From the NCBI GenBank assembly GCA_038318725.1, contig JBBQCM010000012.1, positions 13,788 to 77,787 of the forward strand: 64,000 bases of DNA. Direction: 5' to 3'. This stretch comes from Chthoniobacterales bacterium (GTDB taxonomy: Bacteria > Verrucomicrobiota > Verrucomicrobiia > Chthoniobacterales > Chthoniobacteraceae). The position numbers and the translations under genes were made by a program. Positions 1-9,050 of this stretch are shown here, one piece after another (the first letter of the stretch is position 1; each line of letters starts with the position of its first letter). Under the pieces are notes generated by a model that saw nothing but the letters and a program-made list of their open reading frames with translations, ran no database searches and was not told where the DNA came from.

Positions 1-1
1 C

Positions 2-2503
2 AATGGCTCGGGCGTGGTGGAGACGCTGGCCGCATTCGGAACTGCGGCTCCGGACATCGCCGTCGAGCAACCGCTGGGCACCGACATCGCTGATGGCGGC
101 ATCGCGAATTTCGGCGACGTGGCCGTTGGCGACACCCTCACCCGGACTTTCACGATCAAAAACACCGGCACCGCCACGCTCGCCGGCCTCTCCATCACGA
201 AGGACGGCGCAGACGCGGCTATGATGACGATCACCGCCAGCGCCAGCCCGATCCCGCCACTGCCCGGCGGCGGCAGCACGACCTTCACAGTGCGTTTTGC
301 GCCGACCAGCACCGGCGGCACGACGGCCGCACTCCACATCGCGAGCAACGACCCCGACGAGAACCCCTTTGACGTTACCCTCACCGGAATCGGCACGCTC
401 AGCAGCAACGCCGATTTGGCCGGTCTCAGCTTGAGCGCTGGCACATTGACTCCGGCGTTTGCCGGCGGCACGACTAGCTATGGTGCGAGCGTGGCTTACG
501 CGATCAGCAGCGTCACCGCGACGCCGACCGTCGCGCAGTCCACTGCCACGGTTCGCGTCAATGGTGTCACCGTGGCTTCGGGCAGCCCAAGCGCACCGCT
601 CAGCCTGAGCTTTGGCGCCAATGCCCTTGCTGTCGTGGTGACCGCTGGAGACGGTGTTACGCCCAGGACCTACAACATCACAGTCACGCGCGCTGCACCC
701 GCGCCGGGTGATGTGCAGACCGACTTAACCCCAAACCCGAACGGCAGCGTTCTTCCCGTCGCCGTGCAGCCGGATGGGAAGATCGTCATCGGAGGTAACT
801 TCGCGACCGTAGGCGGCCTTGCGCGCAGCCGGCTCGCCCGGCTCCTGGCGAATGGGACGGTGGAGAGCACGGCCACCTTCAATCCCGGCACCGGCGCGAA
901 CGGCGAGGTCTCCGTTGTGGGAGTGCAGGCGGACGGGAAGATTCTCCTCGGCGGCTCTTTCACCACCGTGAATGGCCAGACGCGCAATCGCCTGGCCCGG
1001 CTCAACACCGACGGAACCCTCGAGAGCACAGCCACCTTCAATGCCGGCACCGGACCCAGCGCTGCGGTCTACGGAGTGGCATTTCAGACCGATGGAAAGA
1101 TTCTCCTCGCGGGGGCCTTTACTGCTGTGAACGGGCAAACGCGAAATCGGATCGCCCGGCTCGATGCGAGCGGCGCCGTCGAGGGGACGGCGACCTTTGA
1201 TCCCGGCACCGGCGCGAATAACACCGTTTACAGCGCGGCTCTGCAAGCGGATGGGAAGATCCTCCTCGGGGGAATCTTCACAACCGTCAACGCTCAGACG
1301 CGCAACCGGATCGTGCGGCTCAACACCGACGGAACCCTGGAGAGCACTGCCACCTTCAATCCCGGCACAGGAGCAAACGGCGAGATTTCAGCCGTGTGCG
1401 TGCAGGCGGACGGGAAGATCCTCCTCGGTGGGGCTTTCACCAGCGTGAATGGCCAGGCGCGCAATCGCATCGCCCGGCTCAACGCGGACGGAACCCTCGA
1501 GAGCACTGCCACCTTCAACGCCGGCACCGGCGCGAATGACAAGGTGCTGACCGTGGGATTGCAAGCGGACGGCAAAATCCTCCTCGGCGGACTCTTCACG
1601 ACCGTGAATGCCCAGACGCGCAACCGCATTGCGCGGCTCAACCCCGACGGCAGCATCGAGAGCACCGCCACCTTCAACGCCGGCGCCGGGGCGAATGGCG
1701 TCGTCAATGGCGTCGCGGTGCAGGCCGATGGGAAGATTGTGCTCGGAGGAAGCTTTTCCAGCGTCAACGGCCAGCCGCGCAGCAATCTCGCCCTGCTGTT
1801 CAACGATGCAGCCACCCAGAGTTTCGCTTTGCCCGATAGCACGCGGGTGCAGTGGGCTCGCAGCGGCACCGTGCCCGAGGTGGAGCAAGTGACTTTCGAG
1901 CTTTCGCTCGACGCCGGGGCGAGCTGGAGCCCGCTCGGCTCCGGCACGCGCATCGCCGGGGGCTGGGAGCGCACCGGCCTGAGCCTCCCCGCCAGCGGCT
2001 CTATCCGCGTCCGTGGTCGCACCGTCGGCGGCATGTCCAACGCCAGCACCGGCTCGATCGAACAGTTGGTGCTGTTCAACACGGCCACGCCGCTCCAGCT
2101 GTGGAAGCTGTTGCACCTCGGCGATGCCGCTGCGCCCGATGACGGAGACCCCGATGGTGATGGCTTCCTCACTCTTGCCGAGTACGGCCTGAATCTTCTG
2201 CCCGAGGCGCCCAGCGTCGCGCCGGGTGTCACGCTTTTCAGCTATGCGGAAGGCGGGCGGCTGCGCATCTTTCTCCAGCGAGATCCCGCGCACGATGACG
2301 TGACCATCGAAGTGCAGGCTTCCGGGAGCCCCGGCGGCCCGTGGACCCCTGTCGCCACGAGCGTCCTCGGCGCACCGTTCTCCGGGGCGGGCTATGTGAG
2401 CGGCGACAGCGCGACGCCCGGCGTGAAGACCATCGAAGTGCGTGACATTGTGAACATCGCCGACGCCCCGGCGCGATTTCTTCGAGTGCGCGTGAGCCAC
2501 TAA
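2..2503 (+). CDS. Large surface/secreted repeat protein (5'-partial): choice-of-anchor-D-like N-terminal domain, seven delta-60-type beta-propeller repeats, C-terminal Ig-like/targeting region
   Basis: Open frame runs to the window edge with no signal peptide, so the true N-terminus lies upstream. The track start at 14 is an in-frame GTG. Seven ~50-aa tandem repeats of the form DGKILLGGxFTxVNGQxRNRxARLNxDGTLESTATFNxGTGAN match the delta-60 repeat pattern. The N-terminal block FTIKNTGTATLAGLSIT...FTVRFAPTSTG resembles a choice-of-anchor D domain. Confidence 0.8.
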   Translation, partial: NGSGVVETLAAFGTAAPDIAVEQPLGTDIADGGIANFGDVAVGDTLTRTFTIKNTGTATLAGLSITKDGADAAMMTITASASPIPPLPGGGSTTFTVRFAPTSTGGTTAALHIASNDPDENPFDVTLTGIGTLSSNADLAGLSLSAGTLTPAFAGGTTSYGASVAYAISSVTATPTVAQSTATVRVNGVTVASGSPSAPLSLSFGANALAVVVTAGDGVTPRTYNITVTRAAPAPGDVQTDLTPNPNGSVLPVAVQPDGKIVIGGNFATVGGLARSRLARLLANGTVESTATFNPGTGANGEVSVVGVQADGKILLGGSFTTVNGQTRNRLARLNTDGTLESTATFNAGTGPSAAVYGVAFQTDGKILLAGAFTAVNGQTRNRIARLDASGAVEGTATFDPGTGANNTVYSAALQADGKILLGGIFTTVNAQTRNRIVRLNTDGTLESTATFNPGTGANGEISAVCVQADGKILLGGAFTSVNGQARNRIARLNADGTLESTATFNAGTGANDKVLTVGLQADGKILLGGLFTTVNAQTRNRIARLNPDGSIESTATFNAGAGANGVVNGVAVQADGKIVLGGSFSSVNGQPRSNLALLFNDAATQSFALPDSTRVQWARSGTVPEVEQVTFELSLDAGASWSPLGSGTRIAGGWERTGLSLPASGSIRVRGRTVGGMSNASTGSIEQLVLFNTATPLQLWKLLHLGDAAAPDDGDPDGDGFLTLAEYGLNLLPEAPSVAPGVTLFSYAEGGRLRIFLQRDPAHDDVTIEVQASGSPGGPWTPVATSVLGAPFSGAGYVSGDSATPGVKTIEVRDIVNIADAPARFLRVRVSH
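760..1805 (+). repeat. Seven tandem ~150-bp coding repeats (propeller blades) inside the delta-60 protein gene
   Basis: Near-identical nucleotide blocks (gcggacgggaagatcctcctcggcgg...ccggctcaac..gacggaaccctcgagagcac.gccaccttcaa) recur every ~150 nt. Confidence 0.8.
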
Positions 2504-2610
2504 TCGGGTTCCGACCACAGGAGTTGAGGCGGCTGCTTTGCCGCCAACGCTCGCGATCTGGAAGTCGATTATTCCGGTGCGATTGCCCCCACTCAACGCA
2601 TCTGTGTGGA

Positions 2611-2645
2611 AAAAAAACCGCCGCGGTTTCCCGCGGCGGTTTTCG
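2611..2645. terminator. Bidirectional rho-independent terminator between convergent genes
   Basis: AAAAAAA-CCGCCGCGG-tttc-CCGCGGCGG-TTTTCG is a perfect 9-bp GC stem with an A-tract on one side and a T-tract on the other. It sits between the delta-60 protein stop (2503) and the ahcY stop (2670). Confidence 0.6.
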
Positions 2646-2669
2646 TGAATTGGCAGACGAGCGCTCCGC

Positions 2670-4100
2670 TTAGTAGCGGTAATGGGCCGGCTTGTAGGGA
2701 CCTTCCACCGGCACGTCGAGGTAGGCGGCCTGCTTCGCGGTCAGAACAGTCAGTTTCACCCCGATCTTCGCGAGGTGCAGGCGGGCGACTTCTTCGTCGA
2801 GCTTCTTGGGCAGGACATAGACGGCGGGCTTGTAGGTGTCCTTGTTCTTCCAGAGGTCGAGCTGCGCGAGCGTCTGATTGGAGAAGCTGTTGCTCATCAC
2901 GAACGAAGGATGGCCGGTGGCGCAGCCGAGGTTCACGAGGCGGCCTTCGGCGAGGAGGAAAACTTCCCGGCCTTCCGCGAAGGTGTACTTATCGACCTGC
3001 GGCTTGATGTTAGTGCGCTTGATGCCGGGATAGTTCACGAGTTTCTCAACCTGAATCTCGTTGTCGAAGTGGCCGATGTTACAAATGACGGCCTGGTCTT
3101 TCATCTTCGTCATGTGCTCGATGGTGATGACATCGACGTTACCAGTGGTAGTGACATAGATGTCGCCGCGGCCGAGGGTATCTTCGATGGTCGTGACTTC
3201 GTAGCCCTCCATCGCCGCTTGCAGCGCATTGATCGGATCGATCTCGGTGACGATAACGCGAGCGCCTTGTCCGCGCAGCGATTGCGCGCAGCCCTTGCCC
3301 ACGTCGCCGTAACCGATGACGATGGCGACTTTACCGGAGATCATCACGTCGAGCGCGCGGTTGAGACCATCGACGAGCGAGTGGCGGCAGCCGTAGAGGT
3401 TGTCGAACTTGGACTTGGTTACGGAGTCGTTCACGTTGAACGCCGGGATGAGCAGTTTGCCCTGCTCATGGAGTTTGTAGAGGCGATGCACGCCGGTCGT
3501 GGTTTCCTCGGAGACGCCGCGCCAGTCCTTCACGATCTCGTGGAAGATAAACGCGTTCTCCGCGTGGATTTTCTTGAGCAGATCCTTGATAACCTTCTCC
3601 TCATGGGAGCCGGACTCGCTATCCACCCACTTATCGCCCTCCTCGAGTTCGTAGCCTTTGTGGATGAAGAGGGTGACGTCGCCGCCATCATCGACGACAA
3701 GCTGCGGGCCTTTGCCGTCGTTGTTCACGATGGCCTTCCAAGTGCAGTCCCAATACTCCTCCAGGCTCTCGCCCTTCCACGCGAAGACCGGCACGCCGGT
3801 GACGGCAATGGCCGCGGCGGCTTGATCCTGTGTGGAGAAAATATTGCACGAAGCCCAGCGCACATCCGCCCCGAGGGCGACCAGCGTCTCGATGAGCACG
3901 GCCGTCTGGATGGTCATGTGCAGCGAGCCGGTGATGCGCACGCCCTTGAGCGGCAGGCTCGGCGCGTACTGTTTGCGGATGGAAACGAGGCCGGGCATTT
4001 CCTGCTCGGCGATCTCGATCTCTTTGCGGCCCCAGTCGGCGAGTTTGATGTCGGCGACTTTGTAGTCGGTGAATTTGGTGGTCAGGGTGGTGGTGCTCAT
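2670..4100 (-). CDS. ahcY: Adenosylhomocysteinase (S-adenosyl-L-homocysteine hydrolase)
   Basis: The 476-aa product starts [38 protein letters not shown] and ends PYKPAHYRY. It has the NAD-binding IGYGDVGKG motif typical of SAH hydrolases. Confidence 0.95.
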   Translation of the reverse strand: MSTTTLTTKFTDYKVADIKLADWGRKEIEIAEQEMPGLVSIRKQYAPSLPLKGVRITGSLHMTIQTAVLIETLVALGADVRWASCNIFSTQDQAAAAIAVTGVPVFAWKGESLEEYWDCTWKAIVNNDGKGPQLVVDDGGDVTLFIHKGYELEEGDKWVDSESGSHEEKVIKDLLKKIHAENAFIFHEIVKDWRGVSEETTTGVHRLYKLHEQGKLLIPAFNVNDSVTKSKFDNLYGCRHSLVDGLNRALDVMISGKVAIVIGYGDVGKGCAQSLRGQGARVIVTEIDPINALQAAMEGYEVTTIEDTLGRGDIYVTTTGNVDVITIEHMTKMKDQAVICNIGHFDNEIQVEKLVNYPGIKRTNIKPQVDKYTFAEGREVFLLAEGRLVNLGCATGHPSFVMSNSFSNQTLAQLDLWKNKDTYKPAVYVLPKKLDEEVARLHLAKIGVKLTVLTAKQAAYLDVPVEGPYKPAHYRY

Positions 4101-4384
4101 TGGTGAATGTTTATTGGTTTGCAGAAAGTAAAACGTCGCCGCGGTGCAGACAGACGCATTGACGTATCAAGATTGGATGATGGATGGTATGGAGAACCGG
4201 GCGGGCGTCAAATTGAAATTCCGGCGCCGACGGGGTGGCTATCGCCGCAGAGTCAGCATCTGCTTTTCTTGACGGGAAAATTGCGGTAGTGGCAAAAATG
4301 GCACGGGCGGTGTCCTGCTCCATCGCCGCCCACCTGCGGGAAAAAAGCCGCGCTCGCGACCGCCTAAACTTAGCCACCCATCCC

Positions 4385-4792
4385 ATGCCTGATCGAAACC
4401 CACAAACCCCCACCGACGAATACCTGCTGCTCATTCGCGGAACGCACTGGAACACCGCGCTTTCACCCGATGAACTCCAACGCGTGATGACTGATTTTTA
4501 CGCATGGGTGGATGGTCTCGTGCAGCGCGGCGTCCATCGCGGCGCGCAGCCGCTGATGGAGGAGGGAAAGCTAGTCACCGGCGCACACGGCACGACCGTG
4601 ACCGACAGCGCGTTTGCCGAATCGAAGGAAGCCATCGCCGGTTACTTTCTTCTCGCCGTGCCGAACATCGCTGAAGCCGTGCGGCTCGCGCAAGCCTGCC
4701 CGATCCTCGCCTACGGTGCGCAGATCGAAGTCCGCCCTGTAGCCGATCTCTGCCGCCCGATGGCCGAAGTGAAAGCGATGACCGCCGCCTGA
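4385..4792 (+). CDS. YciI-like (YCII-related) small stress/dimeric alpha+beta-barrel protein
   Basis: The product from ATG 4385 is MPDRNPQTPTDEYLLLIRGTHWNT..., which matches the YCII domain pattern. The longer track ORF from 4235 probably includes 5'UTR. Confidence 0.6.
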   Translation: MPDRNPQTPTDEYLLLIRGTHWNTALSPDELQRVMTDFYAWVDGLVQRGVHRGAQPLMEEGKLVTGAHGTTVTDSAFAESKEAIAGYFLLAVPNIAEAVRLAQACPILAYGAQIEVRPVADLCRPMAEVKAMTAA

Positions 4793-4891
4793 AATCCGAA
4801 CCTCAATCGCTATGATCGACACCCCAAAAATCATTCAGACCACCACGCAAACTACCGCCATGATCCATCTCTCGGACCTCACCCGTGGCGA

Positions 4892-7800
4892 CTACGGCTG
4901 CACTTTCAGCGTGCCGCGCATGACGTGGCAGTGGCCGGGGAAGGTGCAGAGGTAGGGATATTCGCCGGGCGTTTGGGCGTCGAATTTGAGGACTTCGACT
5001 TCGCCGGGGTTGAGCAGCTTGCTGGCGCTGACGATGTCGCCGACCGCGGGGATGTAGTTTTTCGCGATGGCATCCGGCTGGGCGGCCATGGCATCGGCAG
5101 CGGTGCAGCATTTCTCGATGCTGCCGGGTTTGACGACGATGAGGTTGTGCTGGAGCTGGTCGGCGTTCGTGAAGACGAGCGCGATGGGGCGGCCGGCGCT
5201 GGCGGTGACGTTGAGCACGTCGTACTTCAGGCCCTCGACGGATTTGATCTGGATGATCTGGTGCGTCTTGGCTAGGGCTTCGAAGTTTTCGGCAACCTTG
5301 GGTTTCGCGGGGTTGCGCAGACCTTCGGCGATGGTGCGGGCGGTGGCGCTGGGTTTGGAGGCGAGGAGCGTGTTCAGCGCGGTGAGCTGGGTGGGCGTGG
5401 CGAGACGGGCGAAAGTGCGGGCGATGGCCGTGACATCGCCGCTGCCAGCACCGCCAGCGATGGGGCCGCCGCTGCTCGGGCCGATTTTGGTGCAGGCGAG
5501 GTCGTCGAACCACGCCTTGCCGGTGCTCCGGCCCCAGCCGCCGAAGAGCAGATTGAGCGAGATGCTGTCCTGCTTTTTCGTGCTGATTTTGAAGGACACC
5601 TGCTGCCAGTCACTCGTGCCAGTGACGGCCTGGGACTTGGGTTGTTCGCCGTTGAGACTGTGGATTTCGAGGAGCGCGCCGGTCGCGCCTTTGAGGCCCT
5701 CGGTTTTGATCCAACCGGAGATGAGGTAGTCGGTGTCGGTCTCGAGCGCGATGTCCTGGAACCAGCTCGTGTCTGCTCCTTCGGCGCTGGTAACTTCGAG
5801 GCACCAGCCGCCGTTGCGGCCCGGCTGGACGACCGTGTGTTCGGCTTTGCCGGTGTAATCGCGCGGTGCCCAATTCAGCGGCTGCGGCGGCACGCTGCGG
5901 GTGAGCGCGGCGAGGTCGCCATTCTTGATGAGGTTCGGCGCGGGTGCGGTGGGGGCCGCCGGAGCCGCGGCGGGATCGGCGGCGAGCGGGGTGGCGGCTT
6001 CGAGCGCGGCGGCGAGATAACCATTGGCGTGGCGGCTGGCGGCGATGGTCAGCGCCGCCGGGAGATTCTTGTCTTTGGCGACCATGTCGTCTTTACTGAG
6101 TCTGAAAAGTTCCGCGCCTACGAGATCGCTCGGCGGATGGTCGGCGAGAGCGAGGAGTGCGGTCAGGCGAACGAGCGGGTCTTTGTCGGCGATCACGCCG
6201 CTGTCGAGGATGGCCTGCGCGCTTTGCAGGGAGCGCGGGAGCGTCCGCAGTGCCGCGCGGCGCACGCCAGCGGCGGGATGTTTCAGCGCTTTGATGAGCG
6301 TTTCCACGTCCGCCGCGCCGAGTCCGTGCAAGGTCCAGATGGCGTGATACGCCCCACCGGCGACGCCGACGGCGTCCATCGCCGGATCGGCGGCGAGCGT
6401 CTTGAGCGCGGGGACCACATCGTCTTTCGCGCGCTCGGTGAGCAGCCGTTGGGCGTGATTGCGCCAGAGCAGGTTGTCGCTCTTGAGCGCGGCGAGCAGC
6501 GTGGGCGCGTCATCCTTCGAGAGGCGGAATTGCTTCGAGGGCGTCATCCCCTTCCAGCCAAGCCGCCAGAGCCGCGCGCGCTGGGTGTCGCGCAGGTCGG
6601 AGATGAAGGCGTTGCCCTTTCCTGTCTGCCCTTTGAAGCCGCCGCGCTCGGGGCTGGGCGTGGGGTTGTGCTGAATGATGAAGCTGTAGAAATCGCTCAC
6701 CCAGATCGCGCCGTCGGGACCGGTCTTCGCCGAGACGGGCGCGAACCATTCGTCATCGCTGGCCATGAGATCCCAGCCATTTGCCGTGGTGAAACTCGTG
6801 CCGGTGGGATCGACGAGGCCTTTATACAGGATGTGGCAGGTCGGCTCGCACATCAGCGCCACGCGGTTCCAAAACTCCTTCGGAAAGGCGCGCGCAGTGT
6901 AAAAATTGTGACCCGCTTCCGAGGTGAAGCCGCCCATGACATCGACCTGTCGGATGCGCTCCATGAGCAGCGGGGCTTTGCGATTCGTGTCGATGCCCGG
7001 GATCTGCGGCGCGTCGAGGCCATCGACCATGTCGTAGTAGCGCTTCGGGATGGCGAGGTAGATGGACGGCTGGTTGTTCGCGGTGCTGCCGAAGATGTCG
7101 CCGTTTTCGTTGAAGGCGAAACCCCAGGTGTTGTTCGAGCTTTTGCCGAGGTATTCGAGTTTCGAGCCGTCGGGTTTGAAGCGGTAAAAACCCTGCCCAA
7201 ATTTCACCTGCTCGCCACCGACCTCACCGTTGAAGCCCGCGTAGCCCATGCAGCCGTAAATCCAGCCGTCCGGGCCATAGTGCAGGTTCGAGGGACCGGC
7301 GTGCGTATCTCCCGTGCTCCAGCCGGAGAAGAGCGTGCGGCGCTCGTCGGCCTTGCCGTCCCCATTCGAGTCGCGGAGGAAAAGCGTGTGCGGGGCCTGC
7401 TGGACGATGATCCCGCCGTTCGCAAAAACGAGCGAAGTCGGGATGCTCAGGTCGTCGGCAAAGACCGTGGCTTTGTCGAGTTTGCCGTCACCGTTTGTGT
7501 CTTCGAGAATGCGGATGCGGTCGTGCCCGCCGGCATCGGTGCGCTCATTCGGATAGTCCACGGTTTCCACGACCCAGAGCCGTCCGCGCTCGTCCCAGTC
7601 CATGTCGATGACATTGGCGATGGCCGGCTCGCTGGCCGCGAGCGTGAGTTCGGCATCGACGGGAATCTGGATGTGCTTGCGCGATTCCGCGGGCTCGAGT
7701 GGGAGTTGATAGAGCGGCGCAGGGGTGCGCTTTTCGTAGTTGGGGACGCTCTTCGTCGCGTCGTACTGGAAAGGTTTGATCGCCAGCGCGGCGAGCTCCT

Positions 7801-8470
7801 GCGCGGCGTCGCCCACGGCCCACATGATCCCGCGCCGGACGAGTTCCTGGAAACCGTCATTGCCAAAGGTCCGCTCGTCGTGCCCGTAAGCCGTGTAGAA
7901 AACGCGGCCTTTGCCCTGCGTGCGCACCCACGTCCACGGCTCCTGGTCGCGCATCTGGAGCACGGTGCGGTCGCCGGCGAGCGTGTCGTGGACATACGTT
8001 TCGTCCCATGTCTTGAAGCCGGGGAAACCCTGCATAACTGGGTGATTCGGAGCGACGATCTTTGTCTCAAAATCCCCCGTCCCGTGGCTTTTGAAGCGCC
8101 CGCCGACCAGCGCGAGAAAGCGCGGCGAATTGCCAAAGCACGCCGACGCGCAGTGCAGCGGCACGAAGCCGTGCCCGCTTTCCACGTAATCAATGAGCGC
8201 CTTTTCTTGCGCGGGCGTGATCTGCGTCCAGTTCGCGTAGAGGATCAGCCCGTCGTATTTCGCCAGCGTCGTCGGGTTCAAGTCGGCGAGATTTTCCGTG
8301 TAGGTCAGATTGATCCCACTTGTGCCGAGCGCCGCGGAGAGCTGGAAGAAACGCTCCGCCGGTTTGTGTCCAGCTTGATCGCCGAGGAATAACATCTCGA
8401 TACGGCGGCCGGCGGCGAAACCGTGGACGGTGAGGATGAGCAGCGCGAGGAGGGCGAGGAACTTTTTCAT
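4892..8470 (-). CDS. Multidomain secreted protein: ThuA-like (class-I glutamine-amidotransferase-like) domain, PVC-type membrane-bound-dehydrogenase beta-propeller, HEAT repeats, carbohydrate-binding-like module and a C-terminal azurin (blue-copper) domain
   Basis: Start reset to MKKFLALLALLILTVHGFAA (signal peptide). The N-terminal region MLFLGDQAGH...YTAYGHDERTF is ThuA-like. The middle (DMDWDERGRLWVVETVDYPNE..., GWIYGCMGYAGF) matches the PVC dehydrogenase-domain family. ALRTLPR/LTALLALADHPP are HEAT-like. The C-terminal EYPYLCTFPGHCHVMRGTLKV is close to the azurin copper-site motif YMFFCTFPGHSALMKGTL. Confidence 0.8.
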   Translation of the reverse strand: MKKFLALLALLILTVHGFAAGRRIEMLFLGDQAGHKPAERFFQLSAALGTSGINLTYTENLADLNPTTLAKYDGLILYANWTQITPAQEKALIDYVESGHGFVPLHCASACFGNSPRFLALVGGRFKSHGTGDFETKIVAPNHPVMQGFPGFKTWDETYVHDTLAGDRTVLQMRDQEPWTWVRTQGKGRVFYTAYGHDERTFGNDGFQELVRRGIMWAVGDAAQELAALAIKPFQYDATKSVPNYEKRTPAPLYQLPLEPAESRKHIQIPVDAELTLAASEPAIANVIDMDWDERGRLWVVETVDYPNERTDAGGHDRIRILEDTNGDGKLDKATVFADDLSIPTSLVFANGGIIVQQAPHTLFLRDSNGDGKADERRTLFSGWSTGDTHAGPSNLHYGPDGWIYGCMGYAGFNGEVGGEQVKFGQGFYRFKPDGSKLEYLGKSSNNTWGFAFNENGDIFGSTANNQPSIYLAIPKRYYDMVDGLDAPQIPGIDTNRKAPLLMERIRQVDVMGGFTSEAGHNFYTARAFPKEFWNRVALMCEPTCHILYKGLVDPTGTSFTTANGWDLMASDDEWFAPVSAKTGPDGAIWVSDFYSFIIQHNPTPSPERGGFKGQTGKGNAFISDLRDTQRARLWRLGWKGMTPSKQFRLSKDDAPTLLAALKSDNLLWRNHAQRLLTERAKDDVVPALKTLAADPAMDAVGVAGGAYHAIWTLHGLGAADVETLIKALKHPAAGVRRAALRTLPRSLQSAQAILDSGVIADKDPLVRLTALLALADHPPSDLVGAELFRLSKDDMVAKDKNLPAALTIAASRHANGYLAAALEAATPLAADPAAAPAAPTAPAPNLIKNGDLAALTRSVPPQPLNWAPRDYTGKAEHTVVQPGRNGGWCLEVTSAEGADTSWFQDIALETDTDYLISGWIKTEGLKGATGALLEIHSLNGEQPKSQAVTGTSDWQQVSFKISTKKQDSISLNLLFGGWGRSTGKAWFDDLACTKIGPSSGGPIAGGAGSGDVTAIARTFARLATPTQLTALNTLLASKPSATARTIAEGLRNPAKPKVAENFEALAKTHQIIQIKSVEGLKYDVLNVTASAGRPIALVFTNADQLQHNLIVVKPGSIEKCCTAADAMAAQPDAIAKNYIPAVGDIVSASKLLNPGEVEVLKFDAQTPGEYPYLCTFPGHCHVMRGTLKVQP

Positions 8471-8597
8471 GGCGGGTCGGGGATGGTAACGCAACCAGCC
8501 GCCAACAGGAGGAGATTTTGTGTGTTTCCCTGAACTTTTCCCCGCGCCGTGCCCGCCCCGACGACTTGCTGCGGCCGGTCACGATGCCGGCTGAAAC

Positions 8598-8951
8598 TTA
8601 CCGCTGCACCTTCCAGCGGGTCTCCGGCTGGAGATTGATGTCCTCCTTTTTCACCTCGAAACCGCAGGCTTGGAGCAGGTAGGTCACGCCCTCGGTACTG
8701 CTCATCGTCTGCTTCAGGCTGTGGGCGAAGAGTTCGATGTATTCCTTGTAACTCTCCAGCGCGAGGCTGCCCTCGCTGACGTAGCGGGCGAGTTCCTGAT
8801 CGTGGCTTTCGATCATGTCGAACAGCGCGCGTCGCAGCCGCACCCGCATCACCGGATCGACGACGAGCTTGAAGGGATTCGCGCCGGGGTCGGACGGCAG
8901 CGGTTCATTGGAGATGTCGAAGTTGACGGTGGTCAGGGCGGTGTCGGTCAT
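8598..8951 (-). CDS. Hypothetical acidic 117-aa protein, last gene of the ECF/ATP-grasp operon
   Basis: Clean ORF 100 bp downstream of, and co-directional with, the ATP-grasp/alpha-E gene. No family recognised by eye. Confidence 0.5.
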   Translation of the reverse strand: MTDTALTTVNFDISNEPLPSDPGANPFKLVVDPVMRVRLRRALFDMIESHDQELARYVSEGSLALESYKEYIELFAHSLKQTMSSTEGVTYLLQACGFEVKKEDINLQPETRWKVQR

Positions 8952-9050
8952 GGCGGCGTGGTATTCTGAAATCGAAAGCGCGGGATGCTAGCTGTTGTAC
9001 CTCGATAGGTTGAACGAAAATTTGGGGCGGTCGAGACGATGTGCTGGGGC

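Noticed and set aside
1294-2596. 312-aa and 402-aa minus-strand ORFs over the delta-60 repeat gene
   Set aside because: The repeats plus GC bias keep the antisense frames open. The sense frame carries the conserved propeller repeat consensus.
5642-8392. 916-aa plus-strand ORF opposite the ThuA-dehydrogenase gene
   Set aside because: It is an antisense GC-frame artefact. The real gene on the minus strand has a signal peptide and recognisable domains.
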